From positions 322,710,001-322,774,000 of the forward strand of contig OZ024742.1 in the NCBI GenBank assembly GCA_964016885.1: a stretch of DNA of 64,000 nt, given 5' to 3'. The first letter of the stretch is position 1, and each line of letters begins with the position of its first letter. Below the pieces are notes generated by a model, which did not search any database, had not been told where the DNA came from, and saw only the letters and a list, made by a program, of their open reading frames with translations. Of this stretch, positions 40,261 through 54,098 are shown one piece after another. Source of the DNA: Eledone cirrhosa (taxonomy: Eukaryota). The position numbers were made by a program, and so were the translations under genes.

Positions 40261-40614
40261 ATTGTCAAAAGAAGTAATAAAACATGCTTTATAATTCAAA
40301 TCACTTTTATGGCCAAATATTGTTGACTGGATTGGAGTGAAATGAAGTCCTCTTTCTTTTTACTCCCAGGAGGAGGTTGGGTCATCCACCTACTCCATTC
40401 TGTGATCTCTTCTCCAGCAACAGTAGCATCAACACAGAATCTAGTAGATGTGGCCACCACCACAGCAATGGAGGTGAGACCAAGCCATCCTCCCACACCA
40501 TCCAATAATAACCCATCCAATAATAAGCCCATGTTAAGGTCCAATCAGATAAACCACCTGGGTGATACAATTTTTCTGGATCATAGATTTTGATATTTGA
40601 TAATATATAGTAAA

Positions 40615-40995
40615 CAAGATGTTTGATGGCTAAGAAGTCCTTTTAATTGTGTAATGTTTGATGGCTAAGAAGTCCCTCTAATTAACTGTTTGATGGCTGG
40701 GAAGTCCTAATTGACTGTTTGATAGCTAAGAAGTCCCTCTAATTAACTGTTTGATGGCTGGGAAGTCCTAATTGACTGTTTGATAGCTAAGAAGTCCCTC
40801 TAATTAACTGTTTGATGGCTGGGAAGTCCTAATTGACTGTTTGATAGCTAAGAAGTCCCTCTAATTAACTGTTTGATGGCTGGGAAGTCCTAATTGACTG
40901 TTTGATAGCTAAGAAGTCATTCTAATTGACTAATGTTTGATGGCTGGGAAGTCCTTCTAATTGACTGTTTGATGGCTAAGAAGTCTTAATTGACT
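40615..40995. repeat. Minisatellite with a 61-bp dimeric unit (29+32 bp)
   Basis: tgtttgatggctgggaagtcctaattgac alternates with tgtttgatagctaagaagtccctctaattaac. Confidence 0.92.
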
Positions 40996-41281
40996 GATGC
41001 TTCGTTGTATTCATCTATCAGTGCATCCTTACAAAGGACTATAATTTTCACAGTCTTGGTTTTGAGTACTCTACTGGGCCCATCTGGTGATCCTTATGCT
41101 ATTTATCCCAGTAACTCTAGGAGACGTTGATTGAATGTACTGTTTGGTTCAGTCCACAAACCACCCAGAGCTATCTAATTGACCTAAACCCTATCCTGTT
41201 ACCCTTTGTTCCACTGATATCACTGACCAGCTTACACCTGGGTACTTGGCTGTCAAAACTGAGTGTTTTATTATTCTGACA

Positions 41282-41329
<48 letters not shown>

Positions 41330-41555
41330 TATATACATATATATATTAGTTTAGATGAGTTGATAACACAATCAGATAAGGCAAAGAATAATTCAAAGCT
41401 CAAATGTGATTTTAGTCCATTGCAAGATAGGTAAAAGACAGTTTAATCCAATCGGTAAATTTCCAATTGCAGTAGTTTTACAATATCACAGAGCTTATAT
41501 AAAATGAATAAAAATAATCCTGAATATTTTTATTCATTTTATGTGTGTGTGTTTG

Positions 41556-41624
<69 letters not shown>

Positions 41625-41896
41625 ATATGTATATATATACATATGTGTATATATACATGTGCGTATAGATATGTGTGTGTATGTATGTGTATATATATTT
41701 ATATATATAATAATAAACTAGATGAAACTGGTCTTTTTTTTCTAAATGGATGTAAAAATATATACTATATTTATGCTACTACCTACTTAATCACTCACAC
41801 ACACACTTAAAAATCATTGTTTAACATCTATCTTCCATGATAGCAGTACATGTATATATTTGCACACATACACATCACCACATACTTATATATGGG

Positions 41897-41967
<71 letters not shown>

Positions 41968-42454
41968 AGAGAGGAAGGCTGCAATCACAATATAATATAA
42001 AGTCATCAAGGTCCAATTCTTTGTGCAAACTTTAAAATTAAAAACTAAAAATAAAGAGTCTATAAAAAAGTCAAGGAAAATAGTCTGGATGTGTAAATTA
42101 TACACATTATCACGCATTACACATTATCACATAATAAACAGAATATGCATTATCATATATTACACATTTTCACATATTGTATAAACATGAACATAATGTT
42201 TATTGGAAATCAAGAGAAAGATTCTATAACAAACCTATGTGTGTATGTATATATATTTTGAATTAGCCTTATGTTCATATTTGTGTCAGTGTGTGGGTGG
42301 GATTGAGTAGGTGGCAATATGAATATACTATATATTCTTTTTCATATCTTTACATCCAATTGCTGAACATGAGTTTCTTTTAAATGTGCCAGTCCTGTCT
42401 AGTATATTATTGTATTAGCCACATCCATTATCTTTGCCATATATACTTTGCCAA

Positions 42455-42510
<56 letters not shown>

Positions 42511-43013
42511 ATGTATGTATGTATAATATACGCAAGTATTGCACCAAAAAAATATAAACATCAGCGACAAATGAGATGAGGAATTTATTTGCTTTAACAT
42601 ATGTTTCTGTGTCTATTATAATTGTCTACATATGCTGATTACAATATATATATTGTTCAATCATATGCAATACTTATATATATATATGTGTGTATGTATA
42701 TATGCTTTCTTTCTTGCTGTATATCCCCCTCTAATGCTTGATATATTCTACACCCTATTTTTACAACCCTATTCCATAATTGCTGTATAAAAATTCATTT
42801 ATTTTGTGTAAAAAAATACAATAAAATGTGAAAAAAGAGAATTTGTAAACCAGCAACAAACCAAAATATATTCCTTGCCTTAAATAATGGTTATGTTCTT
42901 GTAAAAAAACCATTCCTTGTATGTTAGTGCCTGTTTTTTTTTTTTTGTTGTTTTTTTTTATTATTACAGCAACGGTGTACAATACAAATCTTGTAATATA
43001 GTTATTATTATTA

Positions 43014-43212
43014 GGGCAGTGGATTGGCAGCATCGGTAGAGCATCAGACACCATGTTTTGCAGCATAAAGTTATGGCCCTTTACGTTCTGAGTTCAAATC
43101 CCGCCGAGGTTAACTTTGCTTTTCATCCTTACGGGGTCGATAAAATAAAGCACCAGTAATGTACTGGGGTAATAGCTGGCCTTGTGCCAAATGTAGAAAC
43201 AATTATTATTAT
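43014..43212 (+). mobile_element. SINE family B
   Basis: Head, B-box, core and (ATT)n tail. Confidence 0.85.
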
Positions 43213-43689
43213 TGAAAAATGGTGGTGGATTGACAGAATCGATAGTGAAGGGGTGGAGGAATGTATGCCTTAGGTTTTTTTAATTCTTGTCCTGAGTTGA
43301 ACTCTGCCTTTTATTCTGGGGATGGAGGCTGGTAAATAAAATGTCATGTACTACAGAAGGGGGGGGGGGGTTACTTTAATTTTATCTTCATCCAAAATTG
43401 ACTATCCTTTTCCCTAAATTAGAAATCTTTATTGTTATTAAAGCAATGTTGTGGCACAAATTGTAGGAGGCTTAATCCTTTGCGTATAATCAATATATAA
43501 ATCGTGGCAGCTTTTCAAATTTTTAAACTTGCCCAATTTATTCATAAACTCATTGGTTTATAGTGTGTGTGAGTGTGTATATACAACATGATTGTGCTCC
43601 AGTTTGATCATTTTTACTAAGGATTTTTCATATTTCCTTGTTAGTTCTTTATGCTTAGTTTAGAGCTGCAGTGTTCCTACATCCCTATG

Positions 43690-44040
43690 TATATTATTTC
43701 AAAGCCTTCACGGCTCTATCATCAATTCTATATAGAATTCCACACAATACTAGACAAATAACTATGGAGGCTCTTATATAAGAATATTAAGTTATCTCAG
43801 ATGCAAATGATAAAATTAAAACATTTTTTCACGCTCAGAGTTGCTGAAGCATGGAACAAGCTACCTGCATCAGTTGTTAGCTGTCGAGACACTGCATCCT
43901 TTAAGGCCTCCATGCTTCCTGAGATCCGCCAACACTACAGCTAACACATACACACATGTACTTCCCTGACATTTGTGTATTATTCTATGTACTATATTGA
44001 CGAGTTGTAGTGCACCTGAGCACTTTACACAATAATTTCA
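43690..44040 (+). mobile_element. CR1-type LINE 3' end remnant
   Basis: HFFTLRVAEAWNKLPASVVSCRDTASFK resembles the CR1 C-terminal FF-x-x-RV-x-x-x-WN-x-LP motif. Confidence 0.72.
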
Positions 44041-44205
44041 TTATATCATTATATTATTATATAAATAAAAGTTATCAAACTAGAACAGTCGTGTTTGCAA
44101 TATAACATGTTTGAAAGAAAAGCTGTTCCCTACTTATATCAATATATATATATATATATATAGGTGTGTGTGTATATATGTGTGTGTGTGTGTGTGTGTG
44201 TATAC

Positions 44206-44236
<31 letters not shown>

Positions 44237-44835
44237 CATGTGTGTGTGTGTGTGTGTGTATATACACATATGGGTCTTGGTACAAACAAGAAAATGTGAA
44301 ATTGAGAATATTGAATATTTGTATTAAGAATTCAACTTATTTATGCACTAACAAGGAGTTTCCTAGATGTAAGCATGCCGAACTCAGATACTTTTTCAAA
44401 ATCAGCTGAAGACATGTTTGTGTCTAAGAAACTGTTTGGTAATGCATGAATAAGTCAAAATGTTTACTCACACACATGGGGGCGTAGTTTTTGGTCAATC
44501 ATATATACACAGCTATACACCCTCTCCTCTGCTAGCCATCACCACCACTGCCATCGCCAACATCCCCCTCCTTGTGCCTAAAACCAAAGAAATTTGTTAT
44601 CATTATCATCCATTCATTTGTTGGCTGCTGTCGGGTTGTAAATTCAAATCCCATTGCAGCTACTGTGGAACACATTTTAATTCCACTTGCCTAAAGCTTT
44701 ATGCTTAATTCAGAAACCATCATTGCCACCATCACCATTATCATCATCATCATGAATTATAATTTTTTTGGTAATTTTTTTCCCCTATTATTAAAATGAA
44801 ACCATTATAATTATCATTATCATAATTATTTATTC

Positions 44836-44868
<33 letters not shown>

Positions 44869-45281
44869 TTTTGAAAAATAAAGCAAAAGTCTTATATTAC
44901 ATTTCAACAAACAAATCCTGCGTATTTCTTTAATCCTTTTGATGTTGTTTTCCCTCTGTGTGTATATGTATGTGTGTGTATTAATGTACATGGCTTTTCA
45001 TTGAATCATTTTTTATTAAAAAAGATTTGTTTGTAAAATAATTTTAACTCGAAAATAATATTAAATAATATAGAATTTTTTTTTTTTATATCTGAGAAAT
45101 TTAATTTTTACATAAATATTTTTTCATAAATTAAGTGCCACAAATTGTAGTTATTTTAAATATGGAATCTTTTTATTATAAAACTGTCTTTTATATTTAA
45201 AATTGTTTTATAGTTAAAAAATTATTTTACAAATATTTTTATAAAATTATATGAAAAGTCATTTTCATGAAATGTAATACA

Positions 45282-45332
<51 letters not shown>

Positions 45333-47863
45333 TACTACTACTACTACACACATACATCATTTAACATTTGTTTGATGAATATGATGTATATAATATATAT
45401 GCAAACACATGTAAGTATGTGTATGCTTGTGCGTATGTATATATATAAATGCATATATCATTATATACCCATTTTTCCAAAAGCAGATGTAAAATGACGA
45501 TTTATATATATATATATATACACACACACATATATATATTGCATATGTACATGTGTATGTTGGGGAGTATATATATATATATATGTGTGTGTGTTTGTGA
45601 ATCTGGTTTTCGCATTCCTGGGTGTAGCCAGTTCTATTTGCTTGACATGACATCTCTAAAGCTGTTGCAGAAAAGAACCTGATGACCTCCCCTCACAGCC
45701 TCATTTTCAAATGACCTCTGACCTCCTCCTCCTCCCTTGTGCTTTTATGTAAAGAATAGCAAGAGGTAAGCACCCCACAATGACACTGAATGCAAGTTCA
45801 ATTCCCAGCTGGTTCCATTGGTAGTTTGTAATGTCATTTTATTTCATGAACATAACATTACCCCTCTCTGTTTCTTCTTTGAACTTGTGTGTGTGTGAGT
45901 GTGTGTTTGTGTAGCGCCTGTGTCAGAAAATAACTGCCATTGTCATCATCATCAACTGAACTAAATAATAGACAACAGCTTATGAAAAACCAAAACAAAC
46001 CACCACTACTGGTAAATTCTCTCCCTCTTTTTTTTTCTATTGGCTTTTTCTATGATGGGATGAGTGGGGCGGGGGCTTTTAGCTGCTGCTGATGTTGTTG
46101 CTTGAGTTCTGTAGTAGTTTTTGCTTTTGTTGTTATTTCTGTTGTTACTTCTATTGTTGTAGGTTATTTTGTTGTTTTTATTGTAAAAGCTCTGGTCACT
46201 TCTGACGAAGGAGACCTACACCACATATGCAGTCAAACAACTGTGTATGACCCACAGAACTCTTTTCCTAGTTGTACCATGTTTAAACCAGCTGTATCTG
46301 GCCAGAATTCTCTCACCTCTTTCTGTCCAAACTGGCCGTAACTGGCCACTTATACTGATATTAAGGTATTGTTCTCAAAATAACATAAAAATCTCATAGA
46401 TTTGGTATTATGTGAGATAAAGCCTTTACCATGAAAATACAATAGCATAAGTAGAGTAATGTAAATGCTAAAGGGTTAAAAGTCCATTTTCGGACATGAC
46501 TGACCATGGGTTTACACCTGGAAAATTCTTCTCTGAAACGCAATCCTCAGCTAGTTGTTTTGTGGAAGACCAGCAGTTACCAAAACACAAGGAGAACACT
46601 AATGTCAATACAGCTTGGCACCAGTGTTGTTGCAATCCTTTGTTTTCCAGCTGAGTGGACTGGAGGAACACGAAATAAAGTGAATTGCTCAAAGATACAA
46701 AGTATCACCTAGTCAATGAATCAAACATGGCCGTGAGCCCAGCAAAGCCACGTCTTCACATTTCATGTTATAACTGAGGACCATGCCACATGTTCCAGCA
46801 GGCAGTGGGGAATTGTATGGGGAGCAGTGTAATAGTCTAGCTAGGTTGTATGTGTGTGCTCTCCACTACCCAATCTGTGTTGGTGGTGCCTACAATGTAG
46901 ACAAGCAAGCTAGACTTGGTTGTATTCAATGTTCTCTGGTTGTTTCTCTGTGTGCGTGTTTGTTGTGTGTAGTAGTTGGTTGTATCAAATGTTCTTTGGT
47001 GGTTGTTGTCAGTGATGGTATTGTCACCAGTGAGTGTTGCCATTGGTGTTTGTAATATGGTTATTATTAATATTTAACCCTTTCGTTACTGTATTTCTAA
47101 TGAAAGACTACCTATGGTTTTCAAATTATTTTGAAAATAAGGAATTTTGAGATCTTTCTCATTATTAAGCTGGTGTTTGGAACAACAAAGCTTATTACAT
47201 AAAATTATGGACATTTTTAGGTAAATATAAACTTTCAAATGAAGTCTTGTATTATAGAGCCATGGGTGATTTCAGGCAGTTTGGTATCAAAAGGGCTATA
47301 CTTAACTTTGTCTTCTAATTGTTGTTGTTGTTACTGCTATTTGTTTGGACTTCTGCTTGTTTGCTACTGTTAAATAGTTGTAGTAGTAATAGTAGTTGTT
47401 GCTATTTGTAAATAGCTGTTGATGTTGTTGGCAATGTGATATTAAGTTACTTTTAAGGTGTTAAGAGCTTTTGAAATATTTGCTGCTAATGTTGTTGTCG
47501 TCTTTGCTTCTCTTATGGACATTCACACATATACACTAGTAAACACATACACATGTACACACACACTCATACTTACACATAGCCTGAATAATTCTAGATT
47601 GTTTTTTAAATGCCAGTGTGTGTGTTATTTGATATTGGACAGTGGGTTTGAAACTTACCCCTTTCACAATTACCATAATCCTGTCTAGTTTGATAATTTG
47701 TAAGGTGATGGTATCACCTAGAGAGACCCAATGCATGTTTCATCCCCACCCCAACCCCACACACTTTGCTTTTCATCTTCCTGGGATTATGGATAAATTA
47801 AGTTTTAACTAAAAATTAATTATTTGTCAAAATCGTTAGTGTCAGACTAAATGGTTTGCATTC

Positions 47864-48237
47864 GGTGGATTGGCAGTATTGGTAGAGGATCGGACGCCAT
47901 GCTTTCCAGCATAGTTACGTCCCTTTACGATCTGAGTTCAAATCCTGCCGAGGTTGACTTTGCCTTTCATCCTTACGGAGTCGATAAAATAAAGTACCAG
48001 TAATGCACTGGGTAATTGCTGGCTTTGTGCCTAAAGTAGAAACGATTATTTAGTTGGATTGGCAGTATCGGTAGCGGGTCGAACGCCATGCTTTGACTCA
48101 GTTACGACCTTGCCATTCTGAGTTCAAATCCCGCCAAGGTTAACTTTGCCTTACATCCTTACGGGGTCGATAAAATAAAGTACTAGTAATGTACTGGGTG
48201 ATTGCTGGCCTTGTGCCAAAAGTAGAAACAATTATTT
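47864..48237 (+). mobile_element. Head-to-tail dimer of SINE family B
   Basis: Two complete copies, about 47864-48050 and 48055-48237. Confidence 0.85.
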
Positions 48238-49153
48238 AGTTGTATCCATTGCAACCATTAGTTCGCTTACAACTGAATGGTGACAATTTAGGATAGAGAG
48301 GTCTCAGTTACATGAAACATATGACAACCATTGTAGTGCTAGCACCACGATAAAATACACCCAGTACTCTCTGTAAAGTGATTGGTAATTGAATGGTGAT
48401 AATGCTATGTAGAGAGACCTTTAGCTTTTTCATAGACAGGACAACCTCTCTAATACTAATGTCATGATAAAATACACCCAGCACATTCTGTAAAATGGTG
48501 TTAGAAAGGGTACCCAACCATAAAAACAATGCCCTATCTTGGTGGACAAGTACTCTTGTTTTGTGGCTTAGTAATAAATCATTAAATAGCCTGGCCTATT
48601 GATGTTTGTTATTCTCTCTATTTTACTTCATATACAAAAAAAAAAAATGTTTTTACTGTTTTTCATTTCATGGCATATTTTTCTCTTCTTTTTATTCCTC
48701 ACATCAGATTTTTACCTGTGGCTGTGGAATGTGACCCTCACAAAACAAACTCATTTGGACAATCATCTTAAACTTTGCTATAATGACTCCCTGCCCTTCT
48801 GCTCGTCTGTCCGTCCAATCATCCATTTGTCCACAGGTCCATCCTAATAGTTCTCCACACACACACATACCAGTCCTCATTCTCCTCATACTGTGTCCAA
48901 CACTCAATACACTACATCATGCTATAGTTGAAGCTTCTTATTCATCGTCTTCCTCTTCTCAGGCCAGCATTTCACAATCCCTTTGAAAACAGCATGACTA
49001 AACGATATATATACAAATCGGGCATCTCTCTTCTCTGCAACTGCACCATATTGATGTTGTTGTTATTATTATTATCATTACTACTACTACTGCCAACTTT
49101 CCAGTACCTCTTCACACTTTCCACAACCCTGCTGAACTCATTAATTGATGTTG

Positions 49154-49184
<31 letters not shown>

Positions 49185-49251
49185 AATCATTATTGAAGCA
49201 ATTTTACACTTTCATGCTTTACATTCAATTTCTCTTAACATGTGATGTAAT

Positions 49252-49301
<50 letters not shown>

Positions 49302-49425
49302 ACACTCATACCAATTAATCTGTTATTATTATAAATAAAGGAATGATTATTATAGTTATTACTCATGTCTTCTATTTGAAATTACTGTTGTGATAATTTT
49401 ACAACATATATATCATATTATAAAA

Positions 49426-49525
49426 TAATTGTTTCTACTTTTGGCACAAGGCCAGCAATTACCCAGTACATTACTGGTATTTTATTTTATCGATCTGGTA
49501 AGGATGAAAGGCAAAGTTAACCTCA
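49426..49525 (-). mobile_element. SINE family B 3' half, antisense
   Basis: Reverse complement of core and tail (ttgtttctacttttggcacaaggcc...gatgaaaggcaaagttaacctc). Confidence 0.8.
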
Positions 49526-49659
49526 TATTATAAAATAATGATTGTTAATATTTATCTTTAAATATTATCTACATTTAATCAAAGAAATAATTATATATTA
49601 TACAATAAAGAAAATTATGTAAAAAAATAAATTATTATTACTATCATCATTATCCTTAT

Positions 49660-50995
49660 CAGGGTAGTGGATTGGCAAAATCGTTAAACGGTCATGTAAA
49701 ATGTTTTGTGTTTTTAGTTATGGATCTTTATGTTCTAAATACAAATCCTGCTGGAATCAAGTTTGATCCATTTGGGTTTGCTAAAGTAAAGCAGCAATAG
49801 AACACTGGTATACTGAGATCAATCTAATCAACTTTTCCCTCCCTCAAAATTTTTAGATTTGAGCTTATATTGGAAATAATTATTAGTTATGGCCCTTTAG
49901 ATTCTGAGATTAAATCCCACTGGGTTAGCTTTGCTTTTCATCCTTACAGGGTCGATAAAATAAAGCATCAGTAACATACTGGGGTTTTATCAACTTTCCC
50001 CTTCCTCAAAATTGTTGGCCTTTGTGCCTAAATCAGAAACCATTATTAATAGTGGTAGATTGGCAGTATCAGTAGAGCGTCAGTCAACAGGCTTTGCAGC
50101 ATATATTTACAGCTCATGTTGTAAGTTCAAATCCTGCAGAGGTTAGCTTTGCCTTTCATCCTTATAGGGTCAATAAAATAAAGTACCAGTAATGCACTGA
50201 TGTTGATTTAATTGACTTTTCCTTTCCCCAAAAAGTTATTGGTCTTGTGCCTAAATCAGAATCCATTATTATTATTGGTAATAGTAGTAGTGGTATTAGT
50301 TATTATTGTTATTAGATTGGCAAGGTCAGTAGATAAAATGTCTTGCTGTATTCAGTGATGGCTCTTTACATTATGAGTTCAAATCTGACCAAGATCAATT
50401 TTACCCTTCATACATCTGGGGTAGATAAAATAAAGTACCAATTAACTAATGATGTGGAATTCAACTTTCTCCTCTCAGATTGCTGGCCTTGTGCTTAAAT
50501 TAGAAATCATTATTATTATTATTATTATTAGAATAGTAAGAGCATCAGATAAAATGCTTTGCACTATTTGTTTCAGTTTTTTATCTTCTAAGTTCAAATT
50601 CCCCCTATGGTTAACTTTGCCTTTCATCCTTCTGTGATTGATCAAATCACTGGGTCAAGGTAGTTGATTCCCCCTCCTCCCAAAATAATTGCTGGCCTTG
50701 TGCCATAATTAAAAAACCGTTATTATTGGCCTTGTGCCAATAGTAGAAACAATTATTATTATATTTTCAAGGGCAGTGGATTGGCAGTATCAGTTGTGTC
50801 AAACACCATGCTTTGCAGCATAGTTATGGCCCTTTATGTTCTGAGTTAAAATCCCACCAAGGTTAGCTTTGCCTTTCATCCTTATGGGGGTCAATAAAAT
50901 AAAGTACCAGCCATGCACTGGGCTCGATTTATCGACTTTCCCCTCATCCAAATTTGCTGGCCTTGTGCCTAAATCAGAAACCATTATTATTATAT
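49660..50995 (+). mobile_element. Tandem cluster of about 6 SINE family B copies of different ages
   Basis: Repeated head/core/tail modules separated by (ATT)n tails. Confidence 0.8.
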
Positions 50996-51402
50996 TTTCA
51001 ATACCCATTACCCTTATTGTCTACAATATTATTTTTAGTACTGTGAACTTTAAATATTATATTCATTGTTGTATTGCTGTTTCATCTGTTTCAATGTTGA
51101 TAATGCTTATATATTTTTATTGTCAAAATTCAAGTTTGTTGCTTAACTCTCCCATTACCATATTTCTAATGAAAGACATAGCTTATCATTTTCAAATGTT
51201 TTAAATAATTTTGAAAATAATCAAGAATTTGCAGTTGTTTAGTAATACCAGTACCTTTCTCGTTATTTATCTGGTGTTTGGAACATAACAAAGGTTCTTA
51301 TATAAAATTAATATAGAACCAGGGGAAGTTTCAGGAGGTTTGCTATGAAAAGGATTAAAAGAAGAAAATATTCTCATATTTATAAAAAAAGAATAAGTTT
51401 TC

Positions 51403-51660
51403 ATCCCAGCAAATCTTGAGAATCTACCTCCACATGTCCACCACTCCACTCCAATCTGTCTCCGTCCCAGCAAATCTTGATAACTTACTTCTGCATGTCG
51501 ACCACCCTCTCCACTCCTATCTGTTTCCGTCTCAACAAATCTTGAGAACTTACTTTTGCATGTCCACCACCCAATCCATATCCATCATGGACTCCATGCC
51601 CACCACCCACTCCAATCTGTCTCTGTCCCAGCAAATCTTGAGAACTTACCTCCACATATC
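51403..51660. repeat. About 4 diverged units of 60-90 bp
   Basis: cccagcaaatcttgagaacttacctccacatgtccaccac recurs. Confidence 0.7.
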
Positions 51661-52025
51661 CATCGCGGATTCTATGTCCACAACTCACTCCATCTCCACC
51701 ACCCATTCCATCTCTACCACCTCCCATTCCATCACCACCACCACCACACACTCCATCTCCACTTTAATCTATTTCAGATAATTATGTATTAACAATATGG
51801 CAATGCCTTTTGTAATATATATTACTCGTGTTTAACACCAGTATATACAATATTCTAGACAATCTCACTACCATGGACGCTTGTATATGTTTGTATGTGA
51901 GGGTGTTTTATATACAATGAAGACCTGCACATATGTACATGTGTGTATATATATATATATATGTGTGTGTGTGTATGTATATATGTGTGTGTGTGTATGT
52001 ATATATACGTATGTATATATATATA

Positions 52026-52059
<34 letters not shown>

Positions 52060-53027
52060 GTAATGAGATATGTTAACAAGAACATCTACCCTTCTATTTG
52101 TGGTGAAATGTGAAAGAAAAAAAAGCTATAGGCACTGGTATGGCTGTGTGTATGTGTGTGTCTCTGTGTTTGCTGTTTATGTTCTGTATATTAATGGTTC
52201 AACAAAAGGGATCAATGAAACAAATACCAGACTTTAAAGTAATAAATATTTGTGATGGAAACAATATACTCAAGTAAAGGTGGTGCCCCAGCCCAGTTGC
52301 ACTTGCCTTACTGAAACCTATAAAAGAATAGAAGAAAATCTACAAGATTTTCTGTGCCTATAGCACCAATAGGTTTTTTAAACTTTTACAGAAGTCTTTT
52401 AATAGCAAGAGGGGGTTTTAGGTGAGTCCTTTATAAAATACTGCATAGGTAGTGCGTAATATAAAGTCTGGGGGTTATATATATGTGTCTGTTTGTGTGC
52501 ATTCAAAACTGAAATTTCATGTCGTCGAGAGTCTGAGTTTTCCCATTTCTGTTCCTTAGCTTTGAATGAATGAATGAATAAATTCTGCTACATGTATTGA
52601 GTATTTTCTTCTCTCATTTGTAAATCCAAATGCACATATATATATATATATATGTGTGTGTGTATTTATTATAAGATCTAATTCATATGGTGAAACTTCA
52701 AAGTAGCTGTTATATTTACCATCTTTGTACTGTACCAATATATACATATACACATGCATACACATGTATCCAACTTTTATTCTTTCTCTCATATATAATG
52801 TATTCTCTTTATTAATTTAATGGTTCCAGGTATATATATAATATACTATGTAATATATTAATATATATTATATAGGTTTTCATACAATTATGTTGCAGGC
52901 TTTCTCTTTTTCTTCTGTTTACCTATCTATCTATCTGTCTGTCTGGTGCCACACATTGTTGCCATCACTGCCACTCTGAGTGCCGCCGCCACTGTCATTT
53001 CTACCTTTTTTCTGCTGTGTTTACCAG

Positions 53028-53107
53028 GATTACTGAGACGGCTCGGTTGCTGAAAAATGTCTTTTCGCGTTCACATACTCGGATTCCGACAGCATCTGAT
53101 CAGCCAC
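53028..53107 (+). CDS. ATP8A1: C-tail exon (R)ITETARLLKNVFSRSHTRIPTASDQP(x)
   Basis: ttaccAG and GTAAGT, 80 nt, phase 2-1; resembles ATP8A1 LTERAQLLKNVF; lies after a ~28.9-kb intron. Confidence 0.9.
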
Positions 53108-54098
53108 GTAAGTAGTACTCCTTCCCACATGGTCCCTGGCTATTTACTTGGCTGGCCCCTTCCCTCTGCCACCACCCACCTAATATTATCACCATCATCA
53201 CTGCTGCTACTCTTGCTATTGCTGCTGCTGTTGCTGTCAACATCATCATCATCACTACCACAATTATCTTTGTCATTACGCTGTTTCTCTTACACCCTCC
53301 TCTTGCTACTACTATTGCTACTCTTGCTGATACCATCTCTATCTCCATCATCATCATTACCACTACTGCTACTACAATCTTCTAGTCATCTATGTCTCTG
53401 GAACCCATGGTCTTTGTTTTTTGTTTCTTGAGAAGTGGCTGTTGTCTTTTTTGTTTGTTTGTTTTTTCTGTTTTTATTTATTTTATTTTGTTGTTGTTGT
53501 TGTTCTCACATAGTTTCCCACTTATGTACATGAATGTGTGTTTGTGAATATATGTATGCTCACTTAAACGTGTGTGAATATATGCATACACATTTGCACA
53601 TTTCTGTGTTTGTTGTAGTCTTTTTTATCTTTTGGTTCATGGCATGGTAGATATTTTTACACTGCTTCATGTTCATGTCCCACATACTTCAGTGTCACAT
53701 TAGGAGTTTGTCAAACTAGAAGTCTGTCACTCTACCATGTCACACTACCAATTACTGTCACACTATTTCTTTGCCAACCTCTTTCTTTAGTTTCTTCAAT
53801 GTTTATTTTTCTTGTTTTTATTTTGTTTTCTTGTATGAGTCCTTCATCCTCGTTTTAATTATTCATATCTTAATTAGCAACACTGGCTGTTTGGTCAGGT
53901 AGCTAATTGGCTGTTTGGACAGGTGGCTAATTGGCTGTTTGGTCTCATAGCTAATTGGTAATTGGTTGTTTGGCCAGTTGACTAATTGGCTGCTGGTTTT
54001 TCATTTTACTCTTTTCACCCGACCTCCCAATTTGTTAGTTTTTTTTTCTTTTTGTCAGTGTTTTTGTTTCCTTTTTTTGTTGATGTCTTGTGAAATAG

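Noticed and set aside
45915-45933. Possible mini terminal exon (S)ACVRK*
   Set aside because: Acceptor is preceded by (TG)n, the peptide is very short, and CVRK is a poor CaaX; indistinguishable from chance
53108-53431. 124-aa Leu/Ser-rich ORF overlapping the tail exon
   Set aside because: Different frame from the conserved exon and made of trinucleotide low-complexity sequence
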